DNA from: a candidate division WWE3 bacterium
Lineage (GTDB): Bacteria > Patescibacteriota > WWE3 > UBA101185 > UBA10185
Assembly (NCBI GenBank): GCA_052035175.1
Contig: JBPOHV010000001.1
Span: forward strand, 622,428 to 686,427
Direction: 5' to 3'
Length of the DNA: 64,000 nucleotides
In this document: piece after piece, positions 8,915-18,482 of the stretch
Position numbering within the stretch: the stretch's first letter is position 1
How the letters are laid out: each line of letters begins with the position of its first letter
Program-made: the position numbers and the translations under genes
Notes under the pieces: generated by a model
Databases searched by the model: none
What the model saw: the letters and a program-made list of their open reading frames with translations, nothing else
Told to the model about the DNA's origin: nothing

Positions 8915-9244
8915 GTGAGAATCGTATCTCAAAGTACCAAAGAAGCCATTTATAAAGCATATGGAATAACATCGCGCAAACCAAGACAATACCAAGTAGA
9001 TCATTTTGTGAGTTTGACACTAGGCGGTTCTAACGAACTCGCTAACTTGTGGCCCGAAGCAGCAGAACCATTTCCTGGTTACAACGAAAAGAATTTGATC
9101 ACAAATTACTTACACGAACTAGTCTGCAAAGGTGATCTGCCTCTAAACCAAGCTCAATATATGATTTCATGGGGCTGGGTTGACACATATAATTCTTTGA
9201 AACCAAAAAATCCATTTTTCGAAATTTACAAGCTCATGAAATGA
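8915..9244 (+). CDS. HNH-motif nuclease family protein (possibly truncated or using a non-canonical start)
   Basis: YQVDHFVSLTLGGSNELANLWPE fits an HNH/His-Me finger. The same frame is open from 8702 and encodes a TM helix and Cys-rich segment, but has no ATG, GTG or TTG until 8915. Confidence 0.45.
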   Translation: MRIVSQSTKEAIYKAYGITSRKPRQYQVDHFVSLTLGGSNELANLWPEAAEPFPGYNEKNLITNYLHELVCKGDLPLNQAQYMISWGWVDTYNSLKPKNPFFEIYKLMK

Positions 9245-9290
9245 AATATCAATATTTAACTTTTTAGTATCAAGCGTATAATTCATTCAT

Positions 9291-9767
9291 ATGAAATTGA
9301 ATCACGAACAAATACGTAATATTGTTTTTGGCGTAGAAGACAGCATAGTTTCTACAACAGGAGTTCTATTTGGAATTGCGTCGGTACAAGGCTATAACTT
9401 TAAGCAAATAGCAATAGTCGGACTTGTATTAGTAGCCGTAGAAGCAATTTCGATGGGTGTCGGGTCATTTTTGTCTGAAACGTCTGCACAAGAAGTAGAA
9501 AAGTACAAAAATCAAACACCTTTCTTAGACGGCATTTTAATGTTTTTTTCATATTTTATGACAGGAGTAATCATAGTTATGCCTTATATAATCCTCAATT
9601 CAAACAATGCAAGATATTATTCGGCAGCGCTAGCATTTTTATTATTAGGTTTATTAGGCTATATGCCACAACGAAAACTAAAATCGGCGTTACGTATGTT
9701 GTTTCTAGGTGGTATGGCACTCATTGCTGGTTACACTATTGCCAATTATCTAAATCTCAATTTGTAA
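9291..9767 (+). CDS. VIT1/CCC1-family membrane protein (putative Fe/Mn transporter)
   Basis: FGVEDSIVSTTGVLFG motif and multiple TM helices. Confidence 0.6.
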   Translation: MKLNHEQIRNIVFGVEDSIVSTTGVLFGIASVQGYNFKQIAIVGLVLVAVEAISMGVGSFLSETSAQEVEKYKNQTPFLDGILMFFSYFMTGVIIVMPYIILNSNNARYYSAALAFLLLGLLGYMPQRKLKSALRMLFLGGMALIAGYTIANYLNLNL

Positions 9768-9844
9768 TCGCAATTTCTAATAAAAATAGAATTTACGTGC
9801 TTGAAAATTCCGGTGTATACCGTTAACATTAGTCTTACATATAT

Positions 9845-10549
9845 ATGTCCAACTTTTTTTCAAAAAATGGTAAACAACTCAAAGGCTATGAAACTACAAT
9901 AAAACACGTAGAAACTATAAACTCACTAAGCGACTTAAAACCATTATATGAATCAATTCAAATAAAGTGGAAAAGTTTATTTTCGTCACTTGCTATGACT
10001 GCAGTGTCGTTTGGGGCTGTACTACTTGTAATTGCGCCATCGGTAAAAGCATCTGTAAATATTCAAAAGTACAATATTTTTTCTTCCAGACCATTTGTAA
10101 TGGAAGACGTCTCTAATGTAATCAATACTGGTGATTCTCGATCTCAAAAAATTAATGCCGTTTTCAAAGAATTTAATTGCCCTTTGTACGGTTATGGAGA
10201 AACATTTGTAACTGAAGCCGATAAAAATAATATACCTTGGTGGTTGGTTGCATCAGTATCTTTTCAAGAATCAAATTGCGGAAAGAAAACACCACTTAAT
10301 GATGGGCAAGAAACTTACAACGCATATGGCTGGGGTGTTTGGGGCGGAAATGCATTTCAATTTGATAATTGGGAACACGGCGTAGCAGTTGTATCTCGTT
10401 ATATGAGCACAAAATTCTTTTCGAAAGGTGTTACAGAACCTTGCACTATAATGGCAACCTACACACCACCTTCTAATGGATCATGGTGCAGAGGTGTTCA
10501 ATATTTTGGCGATATTATTCAAAATTACGAATCTCCCGATTACCTTTAA
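9845..10549 (+). CDS. membrane-anchored protein with putative transglycosylase-like (lysozyme-like) domain
   Basis: SFQESNCG...YNAYGWGVWGGN resembles ES...N.YGG transglycosylase-like motifs. Paralogue of 10676-11197. Confidence 0.35.
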   Translation: MSNFFSKNGKQLKGYETTIKHVETINSLSDLKPLYESIQIKWKSLFSSLAMTAVSFGAVLLVIAPSVKASVNIQKYNIFSSRPFVMEDVSNVINTGDSRSQKINAVFKEFNCPLYGYGETFVTEADKNNIPWWLVASVSFQESNCGKKTPLNDGQETYNAYGWGVWGGNAFQFDNWEHGVAVVSRYMSTKFFSKGVTEPCTIMATYTPPSNGSWCRGVQYFGDIIQNYESPDYL

Positions 10550-10675
10550 GACTAAACCGTTTGAAAGTTGCTAAACCGCGATATATGGTATAATTTCTCT
10601 TGTCTTCGACCTTATTGGTCAGATAAATACTCTTTAAAAAGGCTTACATAAGCCACAAATTCCTGCATACAACTT

Positions 10676-11197
10676 ATGATCAAAATTTACAACATTATTG
10701 CTATATTTGCGTTTATTTATATCTCTGCAATTACCAACAGTGAAAAGATATTTGCAGAACCCTTTGTCGATGAAAGTATAAAAATTGAAGATAAGATCGA
10801 GAGTAAACAAGTAAATAGAGCAGAATTAATAGATAAGTATCTAGATAAACATAAATCACCTGTGATGGGTAAAGGGGAATTCATAGTACAAACTGCTGAT
10901 AAATATAATCTGGACTATAAACTATTGGTAGCAATTTCTGGAATAGAATCTACTTTTTGCAAAAGAATTCCTTATCAGTCTTATAACTGCTGGGGGTGGG
11001 GGATATATGGCAATAACATGATTAAGTTCAACTCGTTTGAAGAAGGTTTTGAAAAAGTTGCGCAAGGGCTTAGCGAGCATTATGTAAGTAAAGGGCTAGA
11101 TACTCCTGAAAAGATTGGTAGAAAGTATAACCCTCCAAATCCTGTAAAGTGGGCTGCAGCTGTGAATAAATTTGCGAGTGATATTGAGAAAAACTAA
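10676..11197 (+). CDS. secreted paralogue with putative transglycosylase-like domain
   Basis: GIESTFCKRIPYQSYNCWGWGIYGNN. Shares the ES..C...N..GWG(I/V)(W/Y)G pattern with the upstream gene. Confidence 0.35.
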   Translation: MIKIYNIIAIFAFIYISAITNSEKIFAEPFVDESIKIEDKIESKQVNRAELIDKYLDKHKSPVMGKGEFIVQTADKYNLDYKLLVAISGIESTFCKRIPYQSYNCWGWGIYGNNMIKFNSFEEGFEKVAQGLSEHYVSKGLDTPEKIGRKYNPPNPVKWAAAVNKFASDIEKN

Positions 11198-11607
11198 CTT
11201 ATCAGAGATTCTGCAACTAATCTCGGCAATACATCATGTTTAAATATAGAGCCTATTTCAATATCTTCTGGAATATTCTTGCCAACCCATAAGGTAGATT
11301 CAACCTCATTACTGGGAATGAAATCTCCAACCCAAGACTTTACAACAAAGACTTGCATTGTGACAAAGAAGCCAGGTTTACCGGCTGCTTCTGCTCTAAA
11401 TGTACCAAACTCTTGTAAGTCTACCTCTGTAACAGCTATGTTTAACTCTTCCTTTAATTCGCGCACTAATGCTTGTTTAGCTGTTTCACCAGCTTCCAAC
11501 TTGCCTCCAGGAGAAACATAGACAGTTTTATTAAATGACTTTGTGAGTAATAATTTTTTATCTTTTATGATAATTCCAGCAGCTTTATGTATATCCACGT
11601 CTTGCAT
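11194..11607 (-). CDS. Nudix hydrolase
   Basis: Nudix box GGKLEAGETAKQALVRELKEELNI. Start is set at MQDVDIH because the longer listed ORF overlaps the tRNA. Confidence 0.7.
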   Translation of the reverse strand: MQDVDIHKAAGIIIKDKKLLLTKSFNKTVYVSPGGKLEAGETAKQALVRELKEELNIAVTEVDLQEFGTFRAEAAGKPGFFVTMQVFVVKSWVGDFIPSNEVESTLWVGKNIPEDIEIGSIFKHDVLPRLVAESLIS

Positions 11608-11615
11608 ATAGTTTA

Positions 11616-11699
11616 TGGTGGGCGAGAGAGGACTTGAACCTCCACCCCTTGCGGGACATGGTCCTAAGCCATGCGTGTATACCATTCCACCACTCGCCC
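11616..11699 (-). tRNA. tRNA-Leu(TAG)
   Basis: Reverse complement folds as a type II tRNA with anticodon loop CTTAGGA. Its 5' half is identical to tRNA-Leu(TAA) at 2106. CCA is encoded. Confidence 0.8.
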
Positions 11700-11720
11700 A
11701 AGTGGTTGTATTTTAACACA

Positions 11721-11743
11721 GAGACCAGGTCAGACCTGGTCTC
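11721..11743. repeat. tRNA-associated palindromic repeat (perfect palindrome GAGACCAGGTC-A-GACCTGGTCTC)
   Basis: Lies 22 nt upstream of the tRNA-Leu(TAG) 5' end, overlapping its inferred -35 region. Confidence 0.8.
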
Positions 11744-11767
11744 TAAATAACTGCTACAATATATGCA

Positions 11768-12547
11768 ATGCTCACAAAAGACAAAATAAAAGGCTTTCTG
11801 ACCCCCCAGAACATTTATTTGACTATCATTACAATATTAGTCTTATTTTGTGCCGTACAACTAGCTTGGATACAAATACAGTATAAGTATTTTAATGCAA
11901 ATGAAGAATTTCGTAAGCAAGCACTCAATAAATATGTAAACACACAACTACAATTGAAAGACCGCATTTCAGATTTGGAAGCAAAAGAAAAAGCTTCTCA
12001 ATATAAAATCCGCGAAGCCTACGAACATGTCTTGCATACTATGTTCTTCGAAGAACTTGGTAATAAGCAAACTTATTTAGATGGCAAATACAAACTTCAG
12101 TATTCTTTTCAAAGTGGAGGCCAGTTCTGTTATGACTTTTATATTTGCAATGGTATAGATTGCCAAATGCACCCAGACTCAGAAACTATGGCATGTATAA
12201 ACAGCAATAAAGAACTTACTGATTTTCATGTAGACGAACTACTTACAAAAGTAAGCAAACACCCGCTGATTGTAATAAATTACGAAGAAAACAGCTGGAC
12301 TAAACAAGAAATGCTACTTCCTTACGATTGTAACTCACAAATATGTTATGAACAGTTGTCAAACAAAACTAAAATAAGCGCAGATGATAAATATCAATTA
12401 GACAGTTTTGAAATTAGCACAAATGCAACAACAGGAGATTTGGAAGTAAAAGCCAGGTTGTACAATGGACAAAGCGGAGTACCGACAATATGGAGAACTT
12501 ATACTCTTACAGAGAAAGACGGCATGATCATAGTTAGTATAGGTTAA
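11768..12547 (+). CDS. membrane-anchored Cys-rich hypothetical protein
   Basis: N-terminal TM helix and a Cys-rich extracytoplasmic region. Confidence 0.45.
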   Translation: MLTKDKIKGFLTPQNIYLTIITILVLFCAVQLAWIQIQYKYFNANEEFRKQALNKYVNTQLQLKDRISDLEAKEKASQYKIREAYEHVLHTMFFEELGNKQTYLDGKYKLQYSFQSGGQFCYDFYICNGIDCQMHPDSETMACINSNKELTDFHVDELLTKVSKHPLIVINYEENSWTKQEMLLPYDCNSQICYEQLSNKTKISADDKYQLDSFEISTNATTGDLEVKARLYNGQSGVPTIWRTYTLTEKDGMIIVSIG

Positions 12548-12550
12548 GTG

Positions 12551-12611
12551 ACAGATAGGTGCGCATCCGCATGCCTGCTCAGGCATGCATGGCGGTGCGG
12601 AACTATCTGTG
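12551..12611. repeat. GC-rich structured repeat, family B, copy 1
   Basis: ACAGATAG ... CTATCTGT outer inverted repeat enclosing TCCGCATGCCTGCTCAGGCATGCATGGCGGTGC. An inverted copy lies at 52581-52617. Confidence 0.6.
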
Positions 12612-12616
12612 TAACA

Positions 12617-14377
12617 TTACTCTAAGTACTTCAAAAAGTTTTCTTTTATCTCAGTCATACTTTTCACAAATTCTGACTTATTAGTTTCGGTAATATTTGC
12701 TGGAGGATTATCTATTAAGCTTTGTAATTGAGAAACAGCAAAACTTATACGCTCTTTCCTTCTTGCCATGTTTCCATAAAAGTATTTGCGAAAATAAACA
12801 TCAGGGTTATCTGGTGGTAAATGCGCTGCCAGATCTATATCTGACTCTGCAAAAAGTTTGGGGGTATCCCAATGTTCGACAAATCTATCTTTATACCAGT
12901 CTTCACGAGCTAATAACATCGCGTCATTAATATACATACGCACTTCTTTAGGACCAAATGGTTCATTTCGCGGCAAATCCAGCTCTGAAGCTCCAAAAGA
13001 ATACTTATAGCTTTGAACACCAAAGTCTATCTCGACCTGGTTTAATGCCAACAAGTCGTCATACACTTCTTGAGGTAATTCATCTCTAATCCCACACAAG
13101 ACAGTAGCACCTCGGCGTGAAAACATTGCTTGAGCTGGAGCAATATTATGTTTTAAAAACACTCGATACACTTGGTCATACATATTGACGATTCCTTCGT
13201 CACCATGCGCGTAACTAAGAGATGAATTAGTTTCTTTAATAGGAAAATCAAAAATCATTATCTTTGAAAAGGCTGAAGTCTCCATTACTTGTGAAAACTC
13301 ACTTATACTAGCCACACGCCTTCCAAGCAATTTATCACTTACCTGATTGTCAAAAAAATCTATAAATTCCCATAATAATCTTGCTCTCGAAGCATCATCA
13401 GCAACTTGCATTCGTGCTACTCCAGAAATCATATCGGCAAGTTCAGGATATGCTTTAGACATTTGACGTAATTCAAATTCTAAAGACTTTATATATTTAG
13501 GATCAGACTTTTCGTCCTCAGTAGGTTTCCATTCAGTAAATTCTTGTTTTATGTAAGCCTCTCCCAATGTTTCGACGATAATTTTTGTCTGGCTTGGCGG
13601 AAGGATCATACGATCAAAATAATATCTAAAAATCTCTTGTTCCATGGGAACTTCTGGAACACGTATATTTGTTGATAATGGATTGATCGCTACATTTTCA
13701 AGCTTACCGCGACCATAATAGCCACTAACTGAAGTAATACGTTCCTTAATCTTTTGGTAAGCAAAATCTCTAAGCTTTTCTGGTACTCCAACAAAACCAA
13801 AATAAAATTCATCACCACCATACCTACAAACAACTATATCCGCGTTAGGATTTGCTGCTTGAATCAACTGCTTTATGTAGGGTAATTCTTCGTTTATAGA
13901 GCCTCCGACTTGATTTAGCAAAACATCGGCTGCACTATTACCTACCTGGTCACGTGCTCTATCTGATGCACGCAAGTCTTTTAGATCTAGATCTTTAAAG
14001 TTGACATTTTTACCTGCATCAACAAACTGCTTCAGATGATGTGTAAACGCATTTCTGTTTAATATTGGCGTACCTGAAACATCAAGTACTTCGCCAGTTG
14101 GTAAAGTAAATTGACGAGGCTGATTAATGCCACCATCGATACAATACTCAAAACACCTTTCTAACAAAGCTTGCGACTCAGGTGTATGTAACTCTGAAAG
14201 CGTCGTTAAAAAAGTAGGAACATACTGAAGATAAAAATCTTCATCTGCTGGAGGCAACTCTTGAGACCTGATTTTTTGATATGCAGCCTCGTATGGACTC
14301 GGCATTACTTCTTGATCTTGGTTGTATATCTTGTCTAACACACATAAATTATGCCGCATTATAAGATTTTTTACCAT
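12617..14377 (-). CDS. GGDEF-motif domain protein (putative nucleotide cyclase-like), 586 aa
   Basis: VVCRYGGDEFYFGF, with an upstream D..D...D...G...AD.LL pattern compatible with a GGDEF palm domain. It has a large C-terminal extension of unknown function. Confidence 0.45.
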   Translation of the reverse strand: MVKNLIMRHNLCVLDKIYNQDQEVMPSPYEAAYQKIRSQELPPADEDFYLQYVPTFLTTLSELHTPESQALLERCFEYCIDGGINQPRQFTLPTGEVLDVSGTPILNRNAFTHHLKQFVDAGKNVNFKDLDLKDLRASDRARDQVGNSAADVLLNQVGGSINEELPYIKQLIQAANPNADIVVCRYGGDEFYFGFVGVPEKLRDFAYQKIKERITSVSGYYGRGKLENVAINPLSTNIRVPEVPMEQEIFRYYFDRMILPPSQTKIIVETLGEAYIKQEFTEWKPTEDEKSDPKYIKSLEFELRQMSKAYPELADMISGVARMQVADDASRARLLWEFIDFFDNQVSDKLLGRRVASISEFSQVMETSAFSKIMIFDFPIKETNSSLSYAHGDEGIVNMYDQVYRVFLKHNIAPAQAMFSRRGATVLCGIRDELPQEVYDDLLALNQVEIDFGVQSYKYSFGASELDLPRNEPFGPKEVRMYINDAMLLAREDWYKDRFVEHWDTPKLFAESDIDLAAHLPPDNPDVYFRKYFYGNMARRKERISFAVSQLQSLIDNPPANITETNKSEFVKSMTEIKENFLKYLE

Positions 14378-14431
14378 ATCAGCAGTTAATGATTTGAAAT
14401 GCTAAAAACACATGATACAATAAAACCCGTT

Positions 14432-15334
14432 ATGAAGGCAGAGGTCAAAAAATTACCAAAATCAACCATAGAACTCACCGTCACAGTAGAAGCTACACAG
14501 GTGAAAGCTATGTACGACCATGTTTTGAATGAAGCAGTGGAGTCGACTACTATAGCTGGTTTTAGAGCCGGCAAAGCTCCCAAAGAAGCTGTAGAACAAA
14601 AACTCGGAGTTTCAAAGTTATATGCAGATGTGATAGATCATTTATTACAGTTGTATTATCCACAAGCACTCAAAGAAAATCATATTATGGCTATAAGCAA
14701 CCCTCGAGTTGAAATCAAAGAATTTGACCTCGAAAAAGATTTTATATTTACAGCACAAATCCCAGTAAAACCAGAAGTTAAAATTGCAGAATTCAAAACT
14801 ACACTAAAAAAGACATTTGAAGAACAAAAAGAAGCAAAAAAGAAAGAAAACGAACAAAAGCTTAAAGATGGCCAACCAATAGACTCAGACCACATACATT
14901 TAGCTTCAAATACAGTCATAGATGCAATAACAAATGCTACAACCACAGAGTTACCAGAAATAATTATAGAAGAAGAAACAAACCGCATGATGACAAGACT
15001 GGTTGATCAAGCTCAATCTATAGGACTTTCTTTGGATGACTATTTGAAATCTCAGAACAAAACCAAAGAAGACTTACGCAAAGACTACGATAAAGTAGCC
15101 GAAAGAAATGTAAAAGCTGAATTTGCATTGGCTCAATTGGTAGAACAAGAAAAAGTCGAAATTTCTGAACAAGAGATAGAAGAATTAATCAAAGCATCAG
15201 GGACAGAAAATACAGAAGTTTTATTAAATGATCCTTTACAAAAGCTTTATGTAAAGTCTATCTTACAAAAAAGTAAAGTAATTAGTAATATAATTGCCGA
15301 AATAGAAGGAGATCACGCACATGAGTCACTTTAA
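14432..15334 (+). CDS. tig: trigger factor (short form)
   Basis: N-terminal ribosome-binding domain (MKAEVKKLPKSTIELTVTV...GFRAGKAP) and a position immediately upstream of clpP. Confidence 0.7.
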   Translation: MKAEVKKLPKSTIELTVTVEATQVKAMYDHVLNEAVESTTIAGFRAGKAPKEAVEQKLGVSKLYADVIDHLLQLYYPQALKENHIMAISNPRVEIKEFDLEKDFIFTAQIPVKPEVKIAEFKTTLKKTFEEQKEAKKKENEQKLKDGQPIDSDHIHLASNTVIDAITNATTTELPEIIIEEETNRMMTRLVDQAQSIGLSLDDYLKSQNKTKEDLRKDYDKVAERNVKAEFALAQLVEQEKVEISEQEIEELIKASGTENTEVLLNDPLQKLYVKSILQKSKVISNIIAEIEGDHAHESL

Positions 15335-15929
15335 TACTTTGGTTCCTACAGTTGTTGAAAAAGATCCAAAAGGTCAAGAAAGATATTTTGATATCTATTC
15401 TAGACTTTTGAAAGATTATGTTGTTTTCGTTACTGGACCAATAGACATGATCGAAGCAAATACTTTTATCGCACAACTTTTATTTTTGGAAAGCGAAGAC
15501 CCTAAACGCACTATAAATATATACATAAATACCCCAGGAGGAAGCGTACACTCCGGAATGGCTATGTACGATACAATCAAATTAATTAAAAATCCAATTA
15601 GTACAATAAATGTCGGACTAGCTGCTTCAGCTGGTGCATTATTGTTGGGAGCAGGGGATAAAGGAAAAAGATTTTCATTGCCATACGCAAAAACAATGAT
15701 TCATGAAGCTCGTATTATGGGTGGGGGAATGACTGGCCCAACCACTGACCTAGAAATAGAAATTGAAGAATTAAAACGAAACACAGAAGACTATGCAACA
15801 ATTATTTCTAAAGCTTCAGGACAACCTATCAAAAAAGTTAAAGAAGATATTAAACGTGATAAATGGTTTGATGCAAAAGAAACTATAGAATACGGATTGA
15901 TAGACGAAATTCTCAAACCCAAAAAGTAA
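15321..15929 (+). CDS. clpP: ATP-dependent Clp protease proteolytic subunit
   Basis: DIYSRLLKDYVVFVTGPI ... INTPGGSVHSGMAMYDT ... GLAASAGALLL. Confidence 0.9.
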   Translation: MSHFNTLVPTVVEKDPKGQERYFDIYSRLLKDYVVFVTGPIDMIEANTFIAQLLFLESEDPKRTINIYINTPGGSVHSGMAMYDTIKLIKNPISTINVGLAASAGALLLGAGDKGKRFSLPYAKTMIHEARIMGGGMTGPTTDLEIEIEELKRNTEDYATIISKASGQPIKKVKEDIKRDKWFDAKETIEYGLIDEILKPKK

Positions 15930-15990
15930 TCAGCCAAAATAAACAAAGATTAGTATCTTTTTAGTGAGTCTGATAAAATCGGAGTGTTGT

Positions 15991-16067
15991 GGGCTCATAG
16001 CTCAGATGGTTAGAGCGTTGCATTGACATTGCAGAGGTCTCTGGTTCGATTCCAGATGAGCCCACCA
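15991..16067 (+). tRNA. tRNA-Val(GAC)
   Basis: Acceptor GGGCTCA/TGAGCCC, anticodon loop TTGACAT, T-arm TCTGG-TTCGATT-CCAGA. CCA is encoded. Confidence 0.8.
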
Positions 16068-16074
16068 TTTAACA

Positions 16075-17172
16075 ATGAACATATACAAAAATTTATCATC
16101 AGGAGATATCTCCTTACAAGAAACGGCAAGTGAAACAACATATACAAAAGATTCAAGAAAACACGACATCGGATCTGCTAAAGATCTCGCAAAGGAAATA
16201 ATTAGGAAAATAAGACACGCCCCCTATGTAACAAAACAGGTAGCGAACTCAGGCGTAAATAATATTGCAGAATCAATAGTATTACAAGATTTGGAAAACA
16301 AGGGGGTAGACCATATCTCTCGAATAAAAAAAGATGATAACGGTTTACCGATGTCTATTAGTGGACTTGTATCAATTGGCAATAAAGGAGATCCATATTT
16401 ACTTACAAGTCTAGGGCTCGAAAAAATTGATGGGGAGGATTGGGAAAATGTGGAATTTGAAAGCGAGCATGCCTTAGTTAGGGCAAGTATAAATGCATGT
16501 TATACACTCCAGGATATATACGACAAAGGTTATCTGCATCACGATATAAAACCAACAAACTTGATGCAAGGTAAAGATGGGAACACATATATTATAGACT
16601 TTAACAGTGCAAAAAAACATAAAGATGGAATTTCAAAGACAGAGACAGGAACACCTGAGTATCAATCTCCAGAAAGACGCTTTCCAGAAATATTTCGACA
16701 ATTTTATGGGGGACCTGAGGTACTACTTAAAACTAAAGTAACCGGTGATATATATGCACTTGCCGTAACAATAGCAAAAACGGCCGGCATTGATATCACA
16801 CCTTTCTTGTTAGAGTTTCCAAAATACATACAATCAACCGATCAAGAAGAAAACGAAAAAAAATATAAGCTATACGCAAGTGCAGTCACCGCATTGATAC
16901 AAGAGAGACTTAATACATTTCATCAAAGTATCGAAGACGCCGTCGTAAGGAGGGAAATGTCAGGAAAATTGGGGCTGGTACTAATATTAAATACTAGTGA
17001 GGATTATTTAAAAAGAGCTCAATCATTTGGCGAATTTGCAAAAACCTTAGAAATGGTAAACGACGCACAAATTGCAGATAGCACACTGTTTGAGTATATT
17101 AGCCCTAGACAGAGGAAGAAAATAGCTACAACTACAACAAAGGTCAACCCATTGCCAATGAGTAACGAGTAA
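16075..17172 (+). CDS. atypical eukaryotic-like Ser/Thr protein kinase-like protein
   Basis: Catalytic-loop HHDIKPTN, DFN in place of DFG, and GTPEYQSPE in place of APE. There is no obvious glycine-rich loop. The gene starts 7 nt after tRNA-Val. Confidence 0.55.
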   Translation: MNIYKNLSSGDISLQETASETTYTKDSRKHDIGSAKDLAKEIIRKIRHAPYVTKQVANSGVNNIAESIVLQDLENKGVDHISRIKKDDNGLPMSISGLVSIGNKGDPYLLTSLGLEKIDGEDWENVEFESEHALVRASINACYTLQDIYDKGYLHHDIKPTNLMQGKDGNTYIIDFNSAKKHKDGISKTETGTPEYQSPERRFPEIFRQFYGGPEVLLKTKVTGDIYALAVTIAKTAGIDITPFLLEFPKYIQSTDQEENEKKYKLYASAVTALIQERLNTFHQSIEDAVVRREMSGKLGLVLILNTSEDYLKRAQSFGEFAKTLEMVNDAQIADSTLFEYISPRQRKKIATTTTKVNPLPMSNE

Positions 17173-17213
17173 TATACGCTATATACATAGTACTACTTTA
17201 AAACGCACCCCAT

Positions 17214-18482
17214 ATGGCGCGATTTGGTGAAGAATTAACAGAAATACAATCAGAAATAGCTGGCACAGCCCCAAGTGGGAACAAATACATTTTTTTGTAT
17301 TTGACTATGATTTTTTTGGTGACATTATCTGATGCGGTAATGTCATATCTTTCCCCTGTATACATCAATAACGTCTATAATGATACGTTCGCTGTTGGGT
17401 TAATACTTGCTATATCATCGTCATGCGGGTTTTTCTTTGACCTGTTTGTTTCGACCAGACTCAGACACAAAAGTTTTAGATTTTTTACAAAATATATGGT
17501 CATTTTCTCGATCGTATTCCCGCTATCATTTTTATTATTGCCACATATCTTTTTTACTTTTGCATTAGGCATGGTTGTATGGGCGATTTATTATGAAATG
17601 CGCGGTTACTCAAACTTTCATTATGTGCAACACACAGTCAAAGTTTCTCAACACGCAAAAATGTGGGGATTTATTTTGACAACTCAATACATCGCATATT
17701 TCATCGGGCCATTGATAGCCACAAGTATAGATACACAATGGGATCGATTGCCTTTATTAATAGCAGTTATTTCTACCACACTTGGCTGTTTTATCTTTTA
17801 TTCATCAAAATACTTTAAAGCGCATCAAGAAGTCAAAGAAGCAAAAGTATACACTCTGAACGATTTGGTAAAAGAGTTTAGAGCTATGAATGCTTTGGTA
17901 AAGCGCACTTTTTTCTTTTTGTTATTTAGCTTTACTTTGATACTTATTGACGTATCTTTTTGGACAATGGGTGCACTCTATTCACAAGAACTAATGCAAA
18001 AATCAGAATTGGGGAAGTTTTTCATTAGCATGTATGGTATTCAAGGACTTTATTGCGGAATACTTGCTAGTAAAGCTAATCTCTTTGGTAAAAAGAAAAC
18101 CTCATTCTTAATAGGTATAGTTGTAGGACTTATGATGATAGGCATTTCAATAACTGACAGTGTTTATAAAACACTTTTACTTGTCATGGGAGTTTCTGCA
18201 TTGTATGGAATATGCATAATATTGATAAGCGCTGTCTTTGAAGACTATGTTTCGCGATTACACGAAACATCAAACTATATGATTTCGTTGGAACAGATGA
18301 TTGCAAACATGGCATATGTTATAGGACCAATAGGTCTTGGTTGGGTAGGTCAAACAGTAGGAGTAAAAAACACATTTGGAGTCGTAGGTATTGTAATAAT
18401 GATAGCCTCTGCATGTGCATTAGTTTTTGTACCTAAAAAAATCAAAATGCCACAGGCAGAGTTAAAGTCTATCGAACAATGA
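17214..18482 (+). CDS. MFS-type transporter
   Basis: About 12 predicted TM helices in a 6+6 arrangement. Confidence 0.55.
   Translation: MARFGEELTEIQSEIAGTAPSGNKYIFLYLTMIFLVTLSDAVMSYLSPVYINNVYNDTFAVGLILAISSSCGFFFDLFVSTRLRHKSFRFFTKYMVIFSIVFPLSFLLLPHIFFTFALGMVVWAIYYEMRGYSNFHYVQHTVKVSQHAKMWGFILTTQYIAYFIGPLIATSIDTQWDRLPLLIAVISTTLGCFIFYSSKYFKAHQEVKEAKVYTLNDLVKEFRAMNALVKRTFFFLLFSFTLILIDVSFWTMGALYSQELMQKSELGKFFISMYGIQGLYCGILASKANLFGKKKTSFLIGIVVGLMMIGISITDSVYKTLLLVMGVSALYGICIILISAVFEDYVSRLHETSNYMISLEQMIANMAYVIGPIGLGWVGQTVGVKNTFGVVGIVIMIASACALVFVPKKIKMPQAELKSIEQ

Noticed and set aside
12551-12611. Family-B element as a CRISPR repeat or riboswitch
   Set aside because: Only single copies occur at distant sites, with no spacer periodicity and no resemblance I recognise to a riboswitch aptamer.
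12398-12930. Short antisense ORFs inside or next to the GGDEF-like gene, and other short internal antisense ORFs listed by the track (e.g. 645-857, 4719-5083, 7234-7500, 22210-22707, 23417-24218, 29186-30680, 32607-33000, 47068-48409)
   Set aside because: They are embedded antisense in long, well-supported genes. They have no SDs and are typical random ORFs in AT-rich DNA.
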